A DNA stretch of 64,000 nucleotides from Lingula anatina (taxonomy: Eukaryota > Animalia > Brachiopoda), in assembly GCA_051362555.1 (NCBI GenBank), contig CM120641.1:39686401-39750400 (forward strand), given 5' to 3'. The number at the start of each line of letters is the position of its first letter. Position 1 is the stretch's first letter. A model generated the notes under the pieces. The model saw nothing but the letters and a program-made list of their open reading frames with translations, was not told the DNA's origin and searched no databases. Both the position numbers and the translations under genes were made by a program. Shown here piece after piece: positions 39,267 to 52,800 of this stretch.

Positions 39267-41822
39267 TCTGTTGAACGAATATATTTATTACCTTCACAAT
39301 TGATGGTGTGCATAACCTATTATTTTTTTCATTTTGGAAAAGATGTGGGTAAATGGGTAAACTGTTTCATTCCAAAATCGCCTAAGAAGACGGTGGTTGT
39401 TTATACATCTATTCCAAGAACTCTAACGAGTGTTCGTCGGTTTAACGTATATGGTCCTAATTTTTATTTATCTATATTTGTCAATCATCATATAATGCTT
39501 GATTGCTCTTAGACCTAAATACCCATGTGATAGAGACATTTTCTTTTGAATGAGTCCTCACCTGACCAAAATATAGATGCAGTGGTCTGCGTGGATTGCA
39601 AGTGATTTAGAACAAAATTTATATAGATCTATTATAAAATCAAACATGTCGTTAACCATACTGCAAGCGAATAAATATATATGTATATATGTATAATTGA
39701 AAAAAAAAATCATTTGGTTTTAGTTGCTTTAATCCCTTTTCGAAATTATTTGGGCTACATACAGCATAGAATTTGGACATGGCCTATGTATACAATGTAT
39801 ATAGTGCTAAAAAGAAAAATAGAGCGTGTCAGAACGGCAGAGAAGGAGAAAAACGCGTAAAAGATTGCAGCAGCTGCATTTATATGCAATATGAAAAATC
39901 ATTTTAAATCTTAATGCACAAAAAGGTCCTTTTTTAGGCGAAAGCACGTGTTTTGTTGACAAGAGTGCAATATATAGCCATTTTTCTCTATGATATGGTT
40001 GTGCATCTCTTCTGGTTGCACGTGTTGGTGGCGCCATCTTTATTGATAACACCCTTGGAACCATGCGTATACCCATTTACCACACCTTCCATTCATTTTA
40101 TTCCCTAGTATAGGCACTTGTTAATGTTCTGCTATGGGACTATATGCTTTACTTACTAGGTAAAAACGTCAAATTAATTTTGTTTTATACGATGAGATAT
40201 TGAAACAGAATTAACTTGGTTCATATCACTTGATTAGACACTTTGCGTTTGACGAGAAAGGAATGATATGCGACTACCTAAACTTCTGCATGTATATATT
40301 TAATGACTTATAATACACAAACCATTGTAAGTGCAGCTCACATATCACCAGCTGTTAAAAAATATCAAAGAGATCAAAAGAGCCTGCCTTGATGAGAATC
40401 GATACATTTTGCAGTAGAACCACGTTAGCACGAAGTAACAAATATCGTATATGTCTGAATCTATGTCAGAGGTCACAAGAGTGATCGGCAGAGCATGCTA
40501 ATAGTCTCACACTAGTCTTTTTTAACTTTGAACATAATTAAAAGAAATCATTTAAAGGAATGAAAAGTTTTCCATGATATTTTTCAGCAAAATTGCGACG
40601 GTATACTTGTTCAAATAGAATCATTATCGATTTCCCCATTTGTTTGAATTAAAAAAAAAAACACACTTATGAGAAATGTGCTTTTGGAAACATATTCGCT
40701 GTAGTATAAAGGTGTTTTGTCTTATCAAATGATTTCCTCGTAAATTGCTAGAGAATCCAAACTACATCTTTTGAGAATAAAATTAAAAGAAGGTAAAAGA
40801 AAGGTCAGGGATTTGACAAACAATAATCACGTAATAAAACGAGGAAAAGAAAAGCACCGAGAACCTGCTGGCCTTGTAACAATGCGGTCACTTCCTACCA
40901 TTCTTTACCAAACAAAAGCCCCGGTATTGTTGCCATTGTTACCTCTGGACTATGGTATGCCCGCTATGCAAACAAGAGCCCCGATATAGTAAAACGATCA
41001 CATCGCCTGAGTTCGTCATAGTGGAAATCACGCCCAAATTGATTTGTAGAGGCTGTTCAAAAGTGAAGCGTTTGTAAATATTTGAAATATATGCCGTGAC
41101 AAGGATACCAAGTATTTATCGAGACAAATTATGTAGTATGTACATGTAGCATGGGAATATATTAAGCAATCTTTGCTGAATAGAAAAAAAAGTTGATTCC
41201 CTTATTGTCAGCACTTAGTATTAATACTTAGTATGTTAATATTTAGTATAACATCTCTGTTATTCAATCGCGACGTATGCCAGTAGTTTAAATTACAAAA
41301 CAAAAGTCATGTAAAGTACATTTTTATTATTTTCTCTCTGTGTCAAATAGGTATGCCCCGGTATGCTACTAAGCAAATGTCGTCTAAAGTCACCATTGCC
41401 CCACCCCACATATTCCTAAAAAAAGAGCAAGTAGCCTAAGCGAGTCACGCAGTAAAAGACGTAAATGTCCTTCACTGGGGTGAAAGATTCATACACAAGT
41501 ACAATAGCCGAAGCTCTGTGAAGTGAGTCTTTCATTCCCTTTAAGGCGTGACCACAGTATCGTCGTGATCAAACTATTAGGTTTCAGTCAACTGTTTCTA
41601 TCTTAACCCCCCTCTTATATAAACATCAGGACGAAAGACGAAATACAGCATTAGTCATTCCTACTTCGGGCACCTGTTAAATAAACAAGGTATCGAATAT
41701 GAATTATACGTATATCGACTATTGATTCACCAATTGCCCCTGCTTTAGTGAGGCGAACAATAGAGCCGAGGTGAACTTGATTGTTATAAGAGTTGCACTA
41801 TCGAGGTACGAAAATAGCCGGG

Positions 41823-41829
41823 TATAAAA
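41823..41829 (+). promoter_or_regulatory. TATA box of the SEA-mucin gene
   Basis: GGGTATAAAAGG about 140 nt upstream of the ATG at 41965. A possible non-coding first exon ends at GTG|gtgaat (41886), with acceptor aactag at 41963. Confidence 0.5.
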
Positions 41830-41964
41830 GGCGACAGAGCTGAGGGATTCCTCTCATGGTGACTTCCGGCACAGGGAGTGACTGTGGTGAATGATTTGAA
41901 AAAAAATACTTCTCTCCATTAAAACTCATGTGGATCTAAAAGGATACTGTTCATTTTAACTAGG

Positions 41965-44900
41965 ATGTCCTGGAGAGCGAGATACGAGGATTTTCAGGTG
42001 AGTGTGGTACCTGAGTGAAAATTATTTTTTATCAGAAGCACATTTGCTAGGTTTATGCTTCAGAATTTAAGCTGAACATTTTTCTGTAGACTACTTTAAG
42101 TGAGTGGAATACAGGATGTATGGATGTAGGCCACTGGCTTTGTATAACTTTTTTAATCCACAGAGCTCTGTAAAGAAAAAACTTTCAGTAAGAGAAAACG
42201 GCGTGCGCTTTTCGTGGACAAGGGGCGTGGCCCCTGTCCATATTTAATTTCACTAATGGACACAACACAAAAATAAATAAGATCAGCAGTGGACATTACC
42301 GTAGTGATGCAAGTGACAGATGGAGTGAGACTTTTACTTAAAAATAAAAATGTTTCATCTTCTTCAAGTCGATAAATTCTGGGCTACTGACCCCTAACTG
42401 ACCACTCTGCTGGACACTCCTCGGGACAATCGAACACCTGTGGGTCGATATGTGATACAATGTACAATGTAGGGCATAGTGAAGTAAGGCAAGTGAACCT
42501 TACATCGGAAAAAGATATTTCATATAAATATCAGGGGTAAGTTTATGCCATATTCCTCAAGCGAATTGCACGCAACACTGGACAGAGGGTATGGGGTTTG
42601 TGAAGACAGTGGCCGAGCAATGGTCAAAACCAACATGGCTGAAAGGGCGGGACCAGCAACTTCATAACTTGCAGGCCCGGCGTGATTTTACGCGACAAGA
42701 ACACGCGCTACGAAAAAACTTTACAACTTTACGACAAAAAAGTAAGATGTAAGAGTTCAGGCTGTTTAAGTGTGGGATGAGCTAAAACCTGAACTCTTAC
42801 ATCATACAGAGTCCTTTTGCCATTTGCTTACAGCCAGGCCAAACTATGCGATTTCCCTGAAAAGGGGTTTAAAAGGATAAGCCCTCTTAGGTGAGCGTCC
42901 AAAAATAAAAAGAAAAGTGTGCCCTCTGTGTTGTCTTTGGATACTTCTCTTAGCTATACTGTAGGCTAGGTACTAAGGTACTATTCAGCAGAATAATGCA
43001 AGCATTTCTTGATAATGAAGTGAGCTGCTATTACGGTAAAGAGATGGATAATGCCTCATATGTGCGAGTAATTGGTGGTTCCATTTACAAGCAGTACAGT
43101 GCGGTTATGTTCCAGTATTTTCAAGTTTTTAAAATTTAATTTAGAACAAGTGTCACCTGTTGATCCTTAGCTGATTGAATTGTCAAGGACTAATGTTTAT
43201 TTTAAGCTTAATTTATGCTGCTTTTAGTTCAGAAAATAAATATGGGAAACAATCATTAGTTACAATTGCTGTTTGTTTAAGAGAAAGTTTTATTAGTATT
43301 CACTCACTGTCAAGTGTTTTTCTTGCTTGTAAAGCTCATTTTTAAATCGACACACCTGTTGAATATATTTAATGAGTCGTAAGTATCCGTTAAGACTGAC
43401 ATATTTAAGCTTTTGCTGGGTAGGGCTGGGTTAAGTTTACCCTCTACCAGGGCGACTGATAGATTTTTCACAGATGTTGACAGATATGTCTCTAGATAGA
43501 TGGTCATTTTGGTTCAAACTTTGTTGACCAAAATGACCATATATCTATCTAGAGACATATCTGTGAATATCTGTAAAAAATCTATCAGTCGCCCTGGTAG
43601 AGGGTAGGTTAAGTTCACAGTAAGGATACTGTTATATAAAACAAGCTAGTTCGCAATACAATGAATGAAACATACTTTAAAGAATGTCAACTTCAGACAC
43701 ATATTTAACAATTGGACTTTTCGTCAAGTATGTAATTTACTGAATGCCACAAGAGGCTTGTCGATTTCTTTTGTATATTTTGCGGTTTCACAAAGAATCC
43801 GGAGGTGCAGAGACCTAATAATTGGATGATCCCTCAAGCAATGGCATTGATAATTTCAGTTTCTAATTTTGATATTTTTCCATAATCATGAAAACCTGTT
43901 GTATGGTTATATATTGTTGCGTTAACAAAAGTACACGTAATAATTCGCATTAATGCATGAGCAAATATTAACTTCCTACAGTAAAATATATAGGTATTTT
44001 GAAAGTGTCATTAGTCTCTAGCTAGTAAATCTTGTAATTTTCTGCATAAATAAATAAATAAATATAAATAAAATATAATCAAAGACGCTCAGGTGCCCCA
44101 AGAAATATCTTCTATGAAATTCATGTTTAGTGCACAGCGTCAAAACGTGTGGATAGAATAACGGTTTTGGGGCAAGCAAGGTGTGCCGCCTCGCAGCGTG
44201 TTTCCATAAACCAGTCACACAATAGTCAGCTATTTAAATAATTGTAGGTTTGCTAATATCCACTGTAAAACGCCAAGTAGCAATAGCCTGAAGTAGCCCG
44301 AAATATCACGGTTGACAAATAGGCTGGTATTCCAAATTATAGAATTACATATTTGGAACGGCAATTTCCCTATTACGCAATATTTCAAAGAATGACTGCC
44401 TTGCAGAGCTGCATATGGCAAACACACAGTTTTATAATACTACAAGAATAGAGAGACTTTTTTGCTCTGTCTAATAATTACACGAAAACTTTCGTGGTCG
44501 AGGGAATCACTGAGATACTCGACATGGGAATAGTAAAGACAATTATGCAATAAGACAAGAAATTATAATAACGTAATGAATATTAACCTTGTTTTGTCTA
44601 AGTATTACGGAATGTGACGAGACAGAAGTATATAGAAACTGGTCGTATTTGTACATAATGCCACCCTGTTTAATACAGGTGGATTCCACTTAAACAAATG
44701 GCATGGCTATCAGATACCCAGTCCTATTCAGGTGATCCATATGCACACAGTATTAGTACAATATAAGCGCCTGATCCGGTCATTATGCCCTTGTAAGAAA
44801 GGCGTGACCCTACACCACTGTTGAAATGATACAATGCCAACGCTTTCGTTAATCCGACTGATTGATGCAGGTTCGAAACAAGGATAGATTTAGCTTGGAA

Positions 44901-46775
44901 AGAATGCCTAAGCACAACCTGTTGCGAAAATGCTGTTTGTGAACATAATAATTTAATATGCGCTTCTTTGCTTCTTTATGTTAAGCTCTATATGTATATG
45001 TGCTTATTCCCGATAAATTTGTGTAAAATTTTGTCGGTCTGTTGTTGTCAGTTCTGTTCAGTACAGTACATTACTTCATGATATCGCATGCAACAGTCAC
45101 AAGCCCGATTGCATACATGACTTACTTAGATGAAAATATCTATTCGGCAAAAGCGACAGAGGGAAATCGAAAACGCATTACTTTGTAAAAGATAGGTTAA
45201 TTTTATTCTGTTTCATGTAGAGTTCACAGAGGTGTGTTGATCAATACTGCCTATCAGTACCATGAGTACCGTGGCATAAACGAAACTTACAATCCTTCAG
45301 TCTTTTTTAAAAGTACCTAGAGATATACTTCTGTATGTGAGTACTGCCATTCCCCATATAGGCTAATTATTTCTTCAAATTAATGATGTCAGTCAATGAT
45401 TTGGGCCCAATCTCAGTATTTAAAAAAAAAATTAACATCTAAACACCTGAGCAAAGATAAAAAATGCTGCACCTAAAACTTTATATTATAACTTTTATTC
45501 ACGAATCACAAAATGGCAGAGTTATATTAGATTATTTAGGTAGGTTTTGTATGTTTGTAGGTAGAATTACCTTTACAGATCGATCTTCGTATGTGGATAT
45601 GGCACGAGGGAGATAAAACGTTTACAAAGCAACATAGAATTAAAAAGGAAAGATACCAGGATCTTGCTTGTATAGCCACAAGGCGAAAACTCGACCTGGG
45701 CGCAGTAATGTGGCGTAACGCACCTTTTGTATACTGAGGATACAATAACTGCACTCTGTCATGGCTGTCTCTTTGTATGATTTAACGATTGAAAATGCCT
45801 CCCTCTGCACTGTCATTACTGTCACATTCAGAACTCTCTTTCATATGGTCTGATCTACCCGGGATAATTTTGCCATTACCATGCGACGCCTGACAATGAA
45901 AGATTACAGTAAGAATTCTTGTTGTTCGTACCCGTATTTCTTCTACCATTACTGTTCTCAACACGTGCACAACGGAGAACGAGTCACAGTTATTGACATT
46001 TAGAGCAATGGTGACACAAGTGTTTGGTGTATTTGATTCAGTAAAGAAATTGTAAGACACAGGGACTGCAAAGCTTTTTTCTCATGATCTTCTGTACTAC
46101 TTGGTTTCTTTTCTGTTCACTACAAACAGGTACCAGCATGTATTAAACAGCAAAGATTTTATATTTGTATACAGTTTAAGGTCCATACCGATAGGCCTAT
46201 ACATTTAAACATGAATAATGTATGACTTGATCATAATTCGTGAATTATAATTTGAGTCGAAGAACATTACTTCTTTTTTACATCTCACTTAATAAAACGA
46301 ACAAACCGGTTCCCTGCAGACCCAAAATACTATCGGTGAACTGTTCAGTAATAGCAAACGCGCAAGCAAGTAGGCCCCTAACCAAGCCGAAAGTTAGCAA
46401 CCCAGAAAGCACACAGCGGGACCCAAAGTACATAATATGAAGTGAATCCCAGCACAAGCACGTTACAAAACGCTACTGTATACAGTTTTTTACTGTCCAT
46501 AGAGAATTTGTGCGTTGAATTGCTTTTATCACTGGCCTGTAGTATACAGTACTAACCCCTTGTCTTATGTTTCAGTGGCCACGCGGGCTGTACTTGGCAC
46601 CTATAGGACATGGGAAATATGGCGTTGTCTATGACGACCAAGACAGTAAACTTAGCTACCATGACGAAATATCGGCGTACAAATATGACAGTTATGACAG
46701 GTATTTGTCTGGCACGTGCACATCCTCACGTGCATTTTTTTTTGTATAAAATAAAATATGTGTGTGTTTGTGTGT

Positions 46776-46811
<36 letters not shown>

Positions 46812-49800
46812 GTGTGTGCTGGGAGAGATTAGGTTCAAGTTTTATCAGTACTCCTGTATTATATTGTGAAAGATCACTTGGCAACATCTATTATTGTCTT
46901 GTACATATTAGTATAAATCGTCGTTTTAGTCGGACAGGTGCTTCCCCCTTCCATCGCCTCCCGCCCACCTATTTGAGACCTCCCAGAGAGGAGAGTGAAC
47001 TGGAGTCCTACACCACATATTCCACGAAATCGAAGAAAGCCAAGATGGTGAAGGTTTTAGTGGCCCTGGCTATCATAGGTGTCGCTATTGCTATCGCTAT
47101 GGCAGGTGTAGGCATATACTTCGCAGGTATGCTCTTTCGTATATAATTGTTTAATTTTTGTGATTCTCAAATTTTGTCTGTTGCTGGAAGTTAATAATGG
47201 GCAATTATTTAATGCTACAAATTTAATGTCTCACCGGGTCGTAATAATTAACTCCTGTAGCGTATTAAAGATATTTTCACCTAAACCCCAATTATTATTT
47301 TATCTTAACAGTAACTGGAAGCGGAACACAGCCAGAGAGGCTTGGATCAACGTCGACCACGACTGCGACAACTGTGACAACTCCAGAGCCGGTATATTAT
47401 GGTACGTGGAGAGATGCGTACCACAGAATAAAATAAACCCTCATTCAGTTGGAGGAACGCTTATATTTTGGTTTCAGTTTTTATTTCGATCGATTATGTT
47501 ATTTACAGTTTTTTATGACATATCCCGTTCCTTCAGTCTTTTTCAATAATTCATCATCTAAATAAGCTTCTCTCTTGTTAAGCTGTTTTAAAACATTCCA
47601 CTGGCTTACTATAAAAGTTCCATCCCTTTCAGTCACTGCGGAGACCAATCTTACCCTCATCCAGCCATACACCCCAGGACTTGCTGATAACACCAGTGCT
47701 GAATACATCAATCTGTCCAACGAATTCTGTAACGGGGTAGGTGTTAATAACACACGACCTTAAAGAACATTGTTTTTATTCATATTCTTTCGTATAGTAA
47801 TATATTTTGTAAAGTTAAGCTGGAATGGAATTTATGCTCTCTTAGGGAACAGCCGAGCATTGGAGCATCCGATGCCTGTATCTATAGTTGGAGATTAAAA
47901 TTTCTTTAATAATTGATCAAAGTAAAAGTGCTTAATCAAATACTTTCCTCGGATTTTACGCAAAGGAAATTTTATTTTATCAGATAACGCAGCTTTACGC
48001 CTCGAGTAACCTTTCCACCGCTCCTGCTTCTTGTGAAGTTCTCGGATTTCAGTAAGTATAACTTTATTGCAATGAAGGTAAATTGATAAAATATTATTCT
48101 ACGCTTGAAAAATCCCACCCTTTTTCATAGGAAGCAGTTGTTTTCGGTAAAAGAAATATTATTGAGTCAAATATTATAATATATTAAATGTATAGCGGTA
48201 TATTTTATTTTTTAAAAGTTTCTGTGGGCATCGTAATTTCGTAATATTCAATACCATTAAAATGTTATGTGCTAAAAGCATTACCTAGAAACATCCCGAT
48301 GCAGGAGCTGTTCAGATTTATGCAGACATTTCAAGAAAAACATTTTGCTTTCAGAAATGGAAGTGTCATTGTATTATTTCGACTCATATTCATGGAAGCC
48401 CTGTTAAAAGCTAAAGTCGAAACTTACCAAAGCAACGTAAACAACCAAAACAAGGTAACAATATATATCGAGGCCATATTTGGAACGTTACAGATTCAAG
48501 CAGATATTAATTTTGGGCCTTACTTCCCATTAAGCGGTACTAATATAAAAATTAAGGACGACTCAATTGCTTCTCCGCGTGTTGGGATAACCTCAGCATC
48601 ACCAATCCCCCCGACAACAACACCAACCCAAGCGCCAAGCTCCGTCACTGCTTCAGCGACACAGACTGTGACATCCTCAACAGAAGTATCTTCAGCAACA
48701 ACAGCGTCAGCTACCGGCGACCTATCGACAGGAGTTACCACATCGTCGGCTAGTACGGCCGTAGCAGTATCATCTGCATCAGAAGCATCTTCATCTGACA
48801 GGGCTTCAACTTCCTCTATTGCAACCACAGTTGCAACTTCTTCTGATCAACCATCAATATCTTCCAATGCAGCAGCTACCACATCTTCTGCTCCAATAGT
48901 AACAACTTCTTCATCTGACCAAGCTTCAGCATCTTCTGCTGCAGGAGTAGCAACATCTTCTACTGCAGCAGTAGCCACATTTCCATCAGACCAGGCTTCA
49001 ACACCTGGCGAAACATTAGCCACATTTCCATCAGACCAGGCTTCAACATCTGCTACAGCAATAGCGACACCTTCATCAGACCAGGGTTCAACATCGTCTG
49101 CTACAGCAGCAGCAACATCTTCTGCTTCAGCAGTTGCAATATCTTTATCTGACCAGGCTTCAACATCTTCTGCTTCAGCAGTAGCCACATTTTTATCTGA
49201 TCAGGCTTCAACATCTGCTACAGCAACAGCCATATCTCCAACTGACCAGTCTTCAACATCTTCTGATGCAGAAGTAGCAACATCTTCTGCTTCAGCAATA
49301 GCGACAGCTTCATCAGACCAGGGTTCAACATCGTTTGTAGCAGTAGCCACATCTTCAGCTGGCCAGAGTTTATCATCCTCTGATGCAGCAGTAGGCACAA
49401 GTTCATCTGACCGGGCATCAACATTTTCTGCTTCAACAGTAGCAACATCTTCACCAGACTCAGCTACAATATCTTCTGGTGCAGCAGAAGTAACATCCAC
49501 TGCTTCAGCAGTAGTAACATCTACATCAGACTCAGCTTCATCATCGTCTGCTACAGCAATAGCTTCATCTTCTGCTTTAGCAATAGGAACATCTTCATCA
49601 GACCAGGTTTCAACATCTGCTGCAGCTGCAACCGCATCTTTATCTGACTTATCTGACCAGGCGTCATCACCTGCTTCAGCAGTAGCCACATTTTCATCTG
49701 AGCAGATTTCAACATCTGCTTCCGCAGTAGCAATATCGTCACCTTCATCATCTTCTGCTTCCGCAATAGCAACATCTTCTGCTTCCGCAATTGCAATATC

Positions 49801-52800
49801 TTCATCTTCATCGTCTGCTGCAGCAGTAGCCACATCATCCGACCAGGCTTCAACATCGTCTGTTGCAGCAGAAGTAACATCTACTGTTTCAGAATTGGCA
49901 ACATCTTCATCTGACCATGTTTCAACATCTTCATCTGATCAGACTTCAACTTCTTCTGCTGCAGCAATAGCAACATCACCATCAGACTCAGCTTCAACAT
50001 CTGCTGCAGCAGTAGTAACATCTTCTGCCTCAGCAGCAGCAACAACGTCATCAGACCAACCTTCAACTTCAGCTGCAGCAGTATCCACATCTTCATCAGA
50101 CTCAGCTTCAACATCGTCTGCTGCAGCAGTGGCCCCATCATCTGACCAGGTTTCAACATCGTCTGCTGCAGCAGAAGTAACATCTTCTGCGTCGGTAGCA
50201 GCAACAACGTCATCAGACCAACCTTCAACATCTGCTTCAGCAGTAGAAACCTCTTCATCTGATCAGGCTTCTACATCCTCTGTTGCAGCAGTGTTAACAT
50301 CGTCTGACCAGGTTTCAACATCGTCTGCTGCAGCAGTGGCAACATCTGCTGCAGCAGTATCTACATCTTCATCTGACCAGGCTTCTACATCTGTTGCATC
50401 AGTGACCACTGCTTCATCAGACCAGGCTTCTACATCTTCTGCTGCAGAGTTAGCAACATCTTCTGCTTCAATAGTAGCCACAGCTTCATCTGATCAGGTT
50501 TCAACTTCTGCTTTAGCACTAACAACATCTTCATCAGACCAACTTCCAACATCCTCTGCTGTAGCAGCAGCTTCATCTTCATCTGTCCAGGCCTCAACAT
50601 CTTCTGCTGCAGCAGTAGCAACATCTGCTGCAGCAGTAGCAACATCTTCAACTGACCAGGCTTCTACATCTGTTGAATCAGTGACCACTGCTTCATCAGA
50701 CCAGGCTTCTACATCTTCTGCCGCAGAATTAGCAACATCTTCTGCTTCAGTAGTAGCCACAGCTTCATCTGGCCAGGCTTCAACATCTGCTGCAACAGGG
50801 GCCACATCTTCGTCTGACCAGGCCTTAACATCTTCTGCTGCAGCAGTAGCAACATCTGCTGCAGCAGTAGCAACATCTTCATCTGACCAGGCTTCTACAT
50901 CTTCTGTTGCAGCAGTGTTAACATCGTCTGACCAGGTTTCAACATCATCTGCTGCAGCAGTGGCAACATCTGCTGCAGCAGTATCTACATCTTCATCCGA
51001 CCAGGCTTCAACATCTGCATCAGCAGTAGCTACATCTTCACCTGACCAGGCCTCAACATCTTCTGCTGCAGCAGTGGCAACATCTTCATCTGAGCAGGCT
51101 TCAACATCTGCATCAGCAGTAGCTTCATCTTCATCTGACCAAGCCTCAACATCTGCTGCTGCAGTATCCACAACTTCATCCGACCAAGTTTCAACATCTG
51201 CTGCAGCAGTAGCCACATCTTCATCTGACCAGGCCTCAACATCTTCTGCTGCCGTAGAAGCAACATCTGCTCCAGCAGAAGCCACATCTTCATCTGACCA
51301 AGTTTCAACCTCGTCTGTTGCGGCAGTAGCAACATCTTCTGCTGCAGCAGTGGCAACATCTTCATCTGAGCAGGCTTCAACATCTGCATCAGCAGTAGCT
51401 TCATCTTCATCTGACCAGCCTTTAACATCGTTTGCCACAGCAGTTGTCACATCTTCACCTGTCCAGGCTTCGACATCATCTGCTGCAGCAGTAGCAACAT
51501 CTTCATCTGCCCAGGCTTTAACATCGGCATCTACAACAGCAACATCTTCAGTAGTAGCAACATCTTCATCAGACCAGGCTTCTACATCTTCTGTTGCAGC
51601 AGTGTTAACATCATCCAACCAGGTTTCAACATCATCTGCTGCAGCAGTGGCAACATCTGCTGCAGCAGTATCTACATCTTCATCCGACCAGGCTTCAACA
51701 TCTGCGTCAGCAGTAGCTACATCTTCACATGACCAGGCCTCAACATCTTCTGCTGCAGCAGTGGCAACATCTTCATCTGAGCAGGCTTCAACATCTGCAT
51801 CAGCAGTAGCTTCATCTTCATCTGACCAGGCGTCAACATCTGCTGCAGCAGTATCCACAACATCATCCAACCAAGTTTCAACATCTGCTGCAGCAGTAGC
51901 CACATCTTCTTCTGACCAGGCCTCAACATCTTCTGCTGCAGTAGTAGCAACATCTGCTCCAGCAGAAGCCACATCTTCATCTGACCAGGTTTCAACCTCG
52001 TCTGCTGCGGCAGTAGCAACATCTTCTGCTACAGCAATAGCAATATCTTTATCTGACCAGGCTTTAACACCGTCTGCCACAGCAGTTGTCACATCTTCAC
52101 CTGTCCCGGCTTCAACATCATCTGCTGCAGCAGTAGCAACATCTTCATCTGCCCAGGCTTTAACATCGGCATCTACAACAGTAACATCTTCAGTAGTAGC
52201 AACATCTGCATCAGACCTACCTTCAACATCTTCTGCTGCAGCAGAAGCAACATCTTCTGTAACATCAGCAGCAGCCACACCTTCATCAACTTCTGCTGCA
52301 GCAGCAGCAACATCTTCTGTAACCTCAGCAGAAGCCACACCTTCATCAACTTCTGCTGCAGCAGTAGCAACATCTGTTACATCAGCAATGGCAACATCTT
52401 CAGCAGACCAGGCTTCAACATCGTCTGCTGCAGTAGTGGCAACATCTTCTGCTTCGGCAGTAGCAACATCTTCATCAGACCAACTTTCAACATCTTCTGC
52501 TGCAGCACTAGCCACATCTTCTTCTGAGCAAGTTTCAACATCTGCTTCAGCAGTGGCAACATCTGTAACATCAGCACTAGCAACATCTTCATCAGACCAG
52601 GCTTCAACATCATCTGCTGCAGTAGTGGCAACATCTTCTGCTTCAGCAGTAGCAACATCTTCATCAGACCAACCTACAACATCATCTGCAGTGGTAGCAA
52701 CATCTTCTGCTGCAGCAGCAGTGACATCTTCATCAGACCAACCTACAACATCATCTGCAGTGGTAGCAACATCTTCTGCTGCAGCAGCAGTGACATCTTC

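Noticed and set aside
48269-48354. N-terminal extension MLKALPRNIPMQ... of the 2004-aa ORF
   Set aside because: Intronic; the acceptor tttcag at 48354 completes the SEA motif with the upstream exon.
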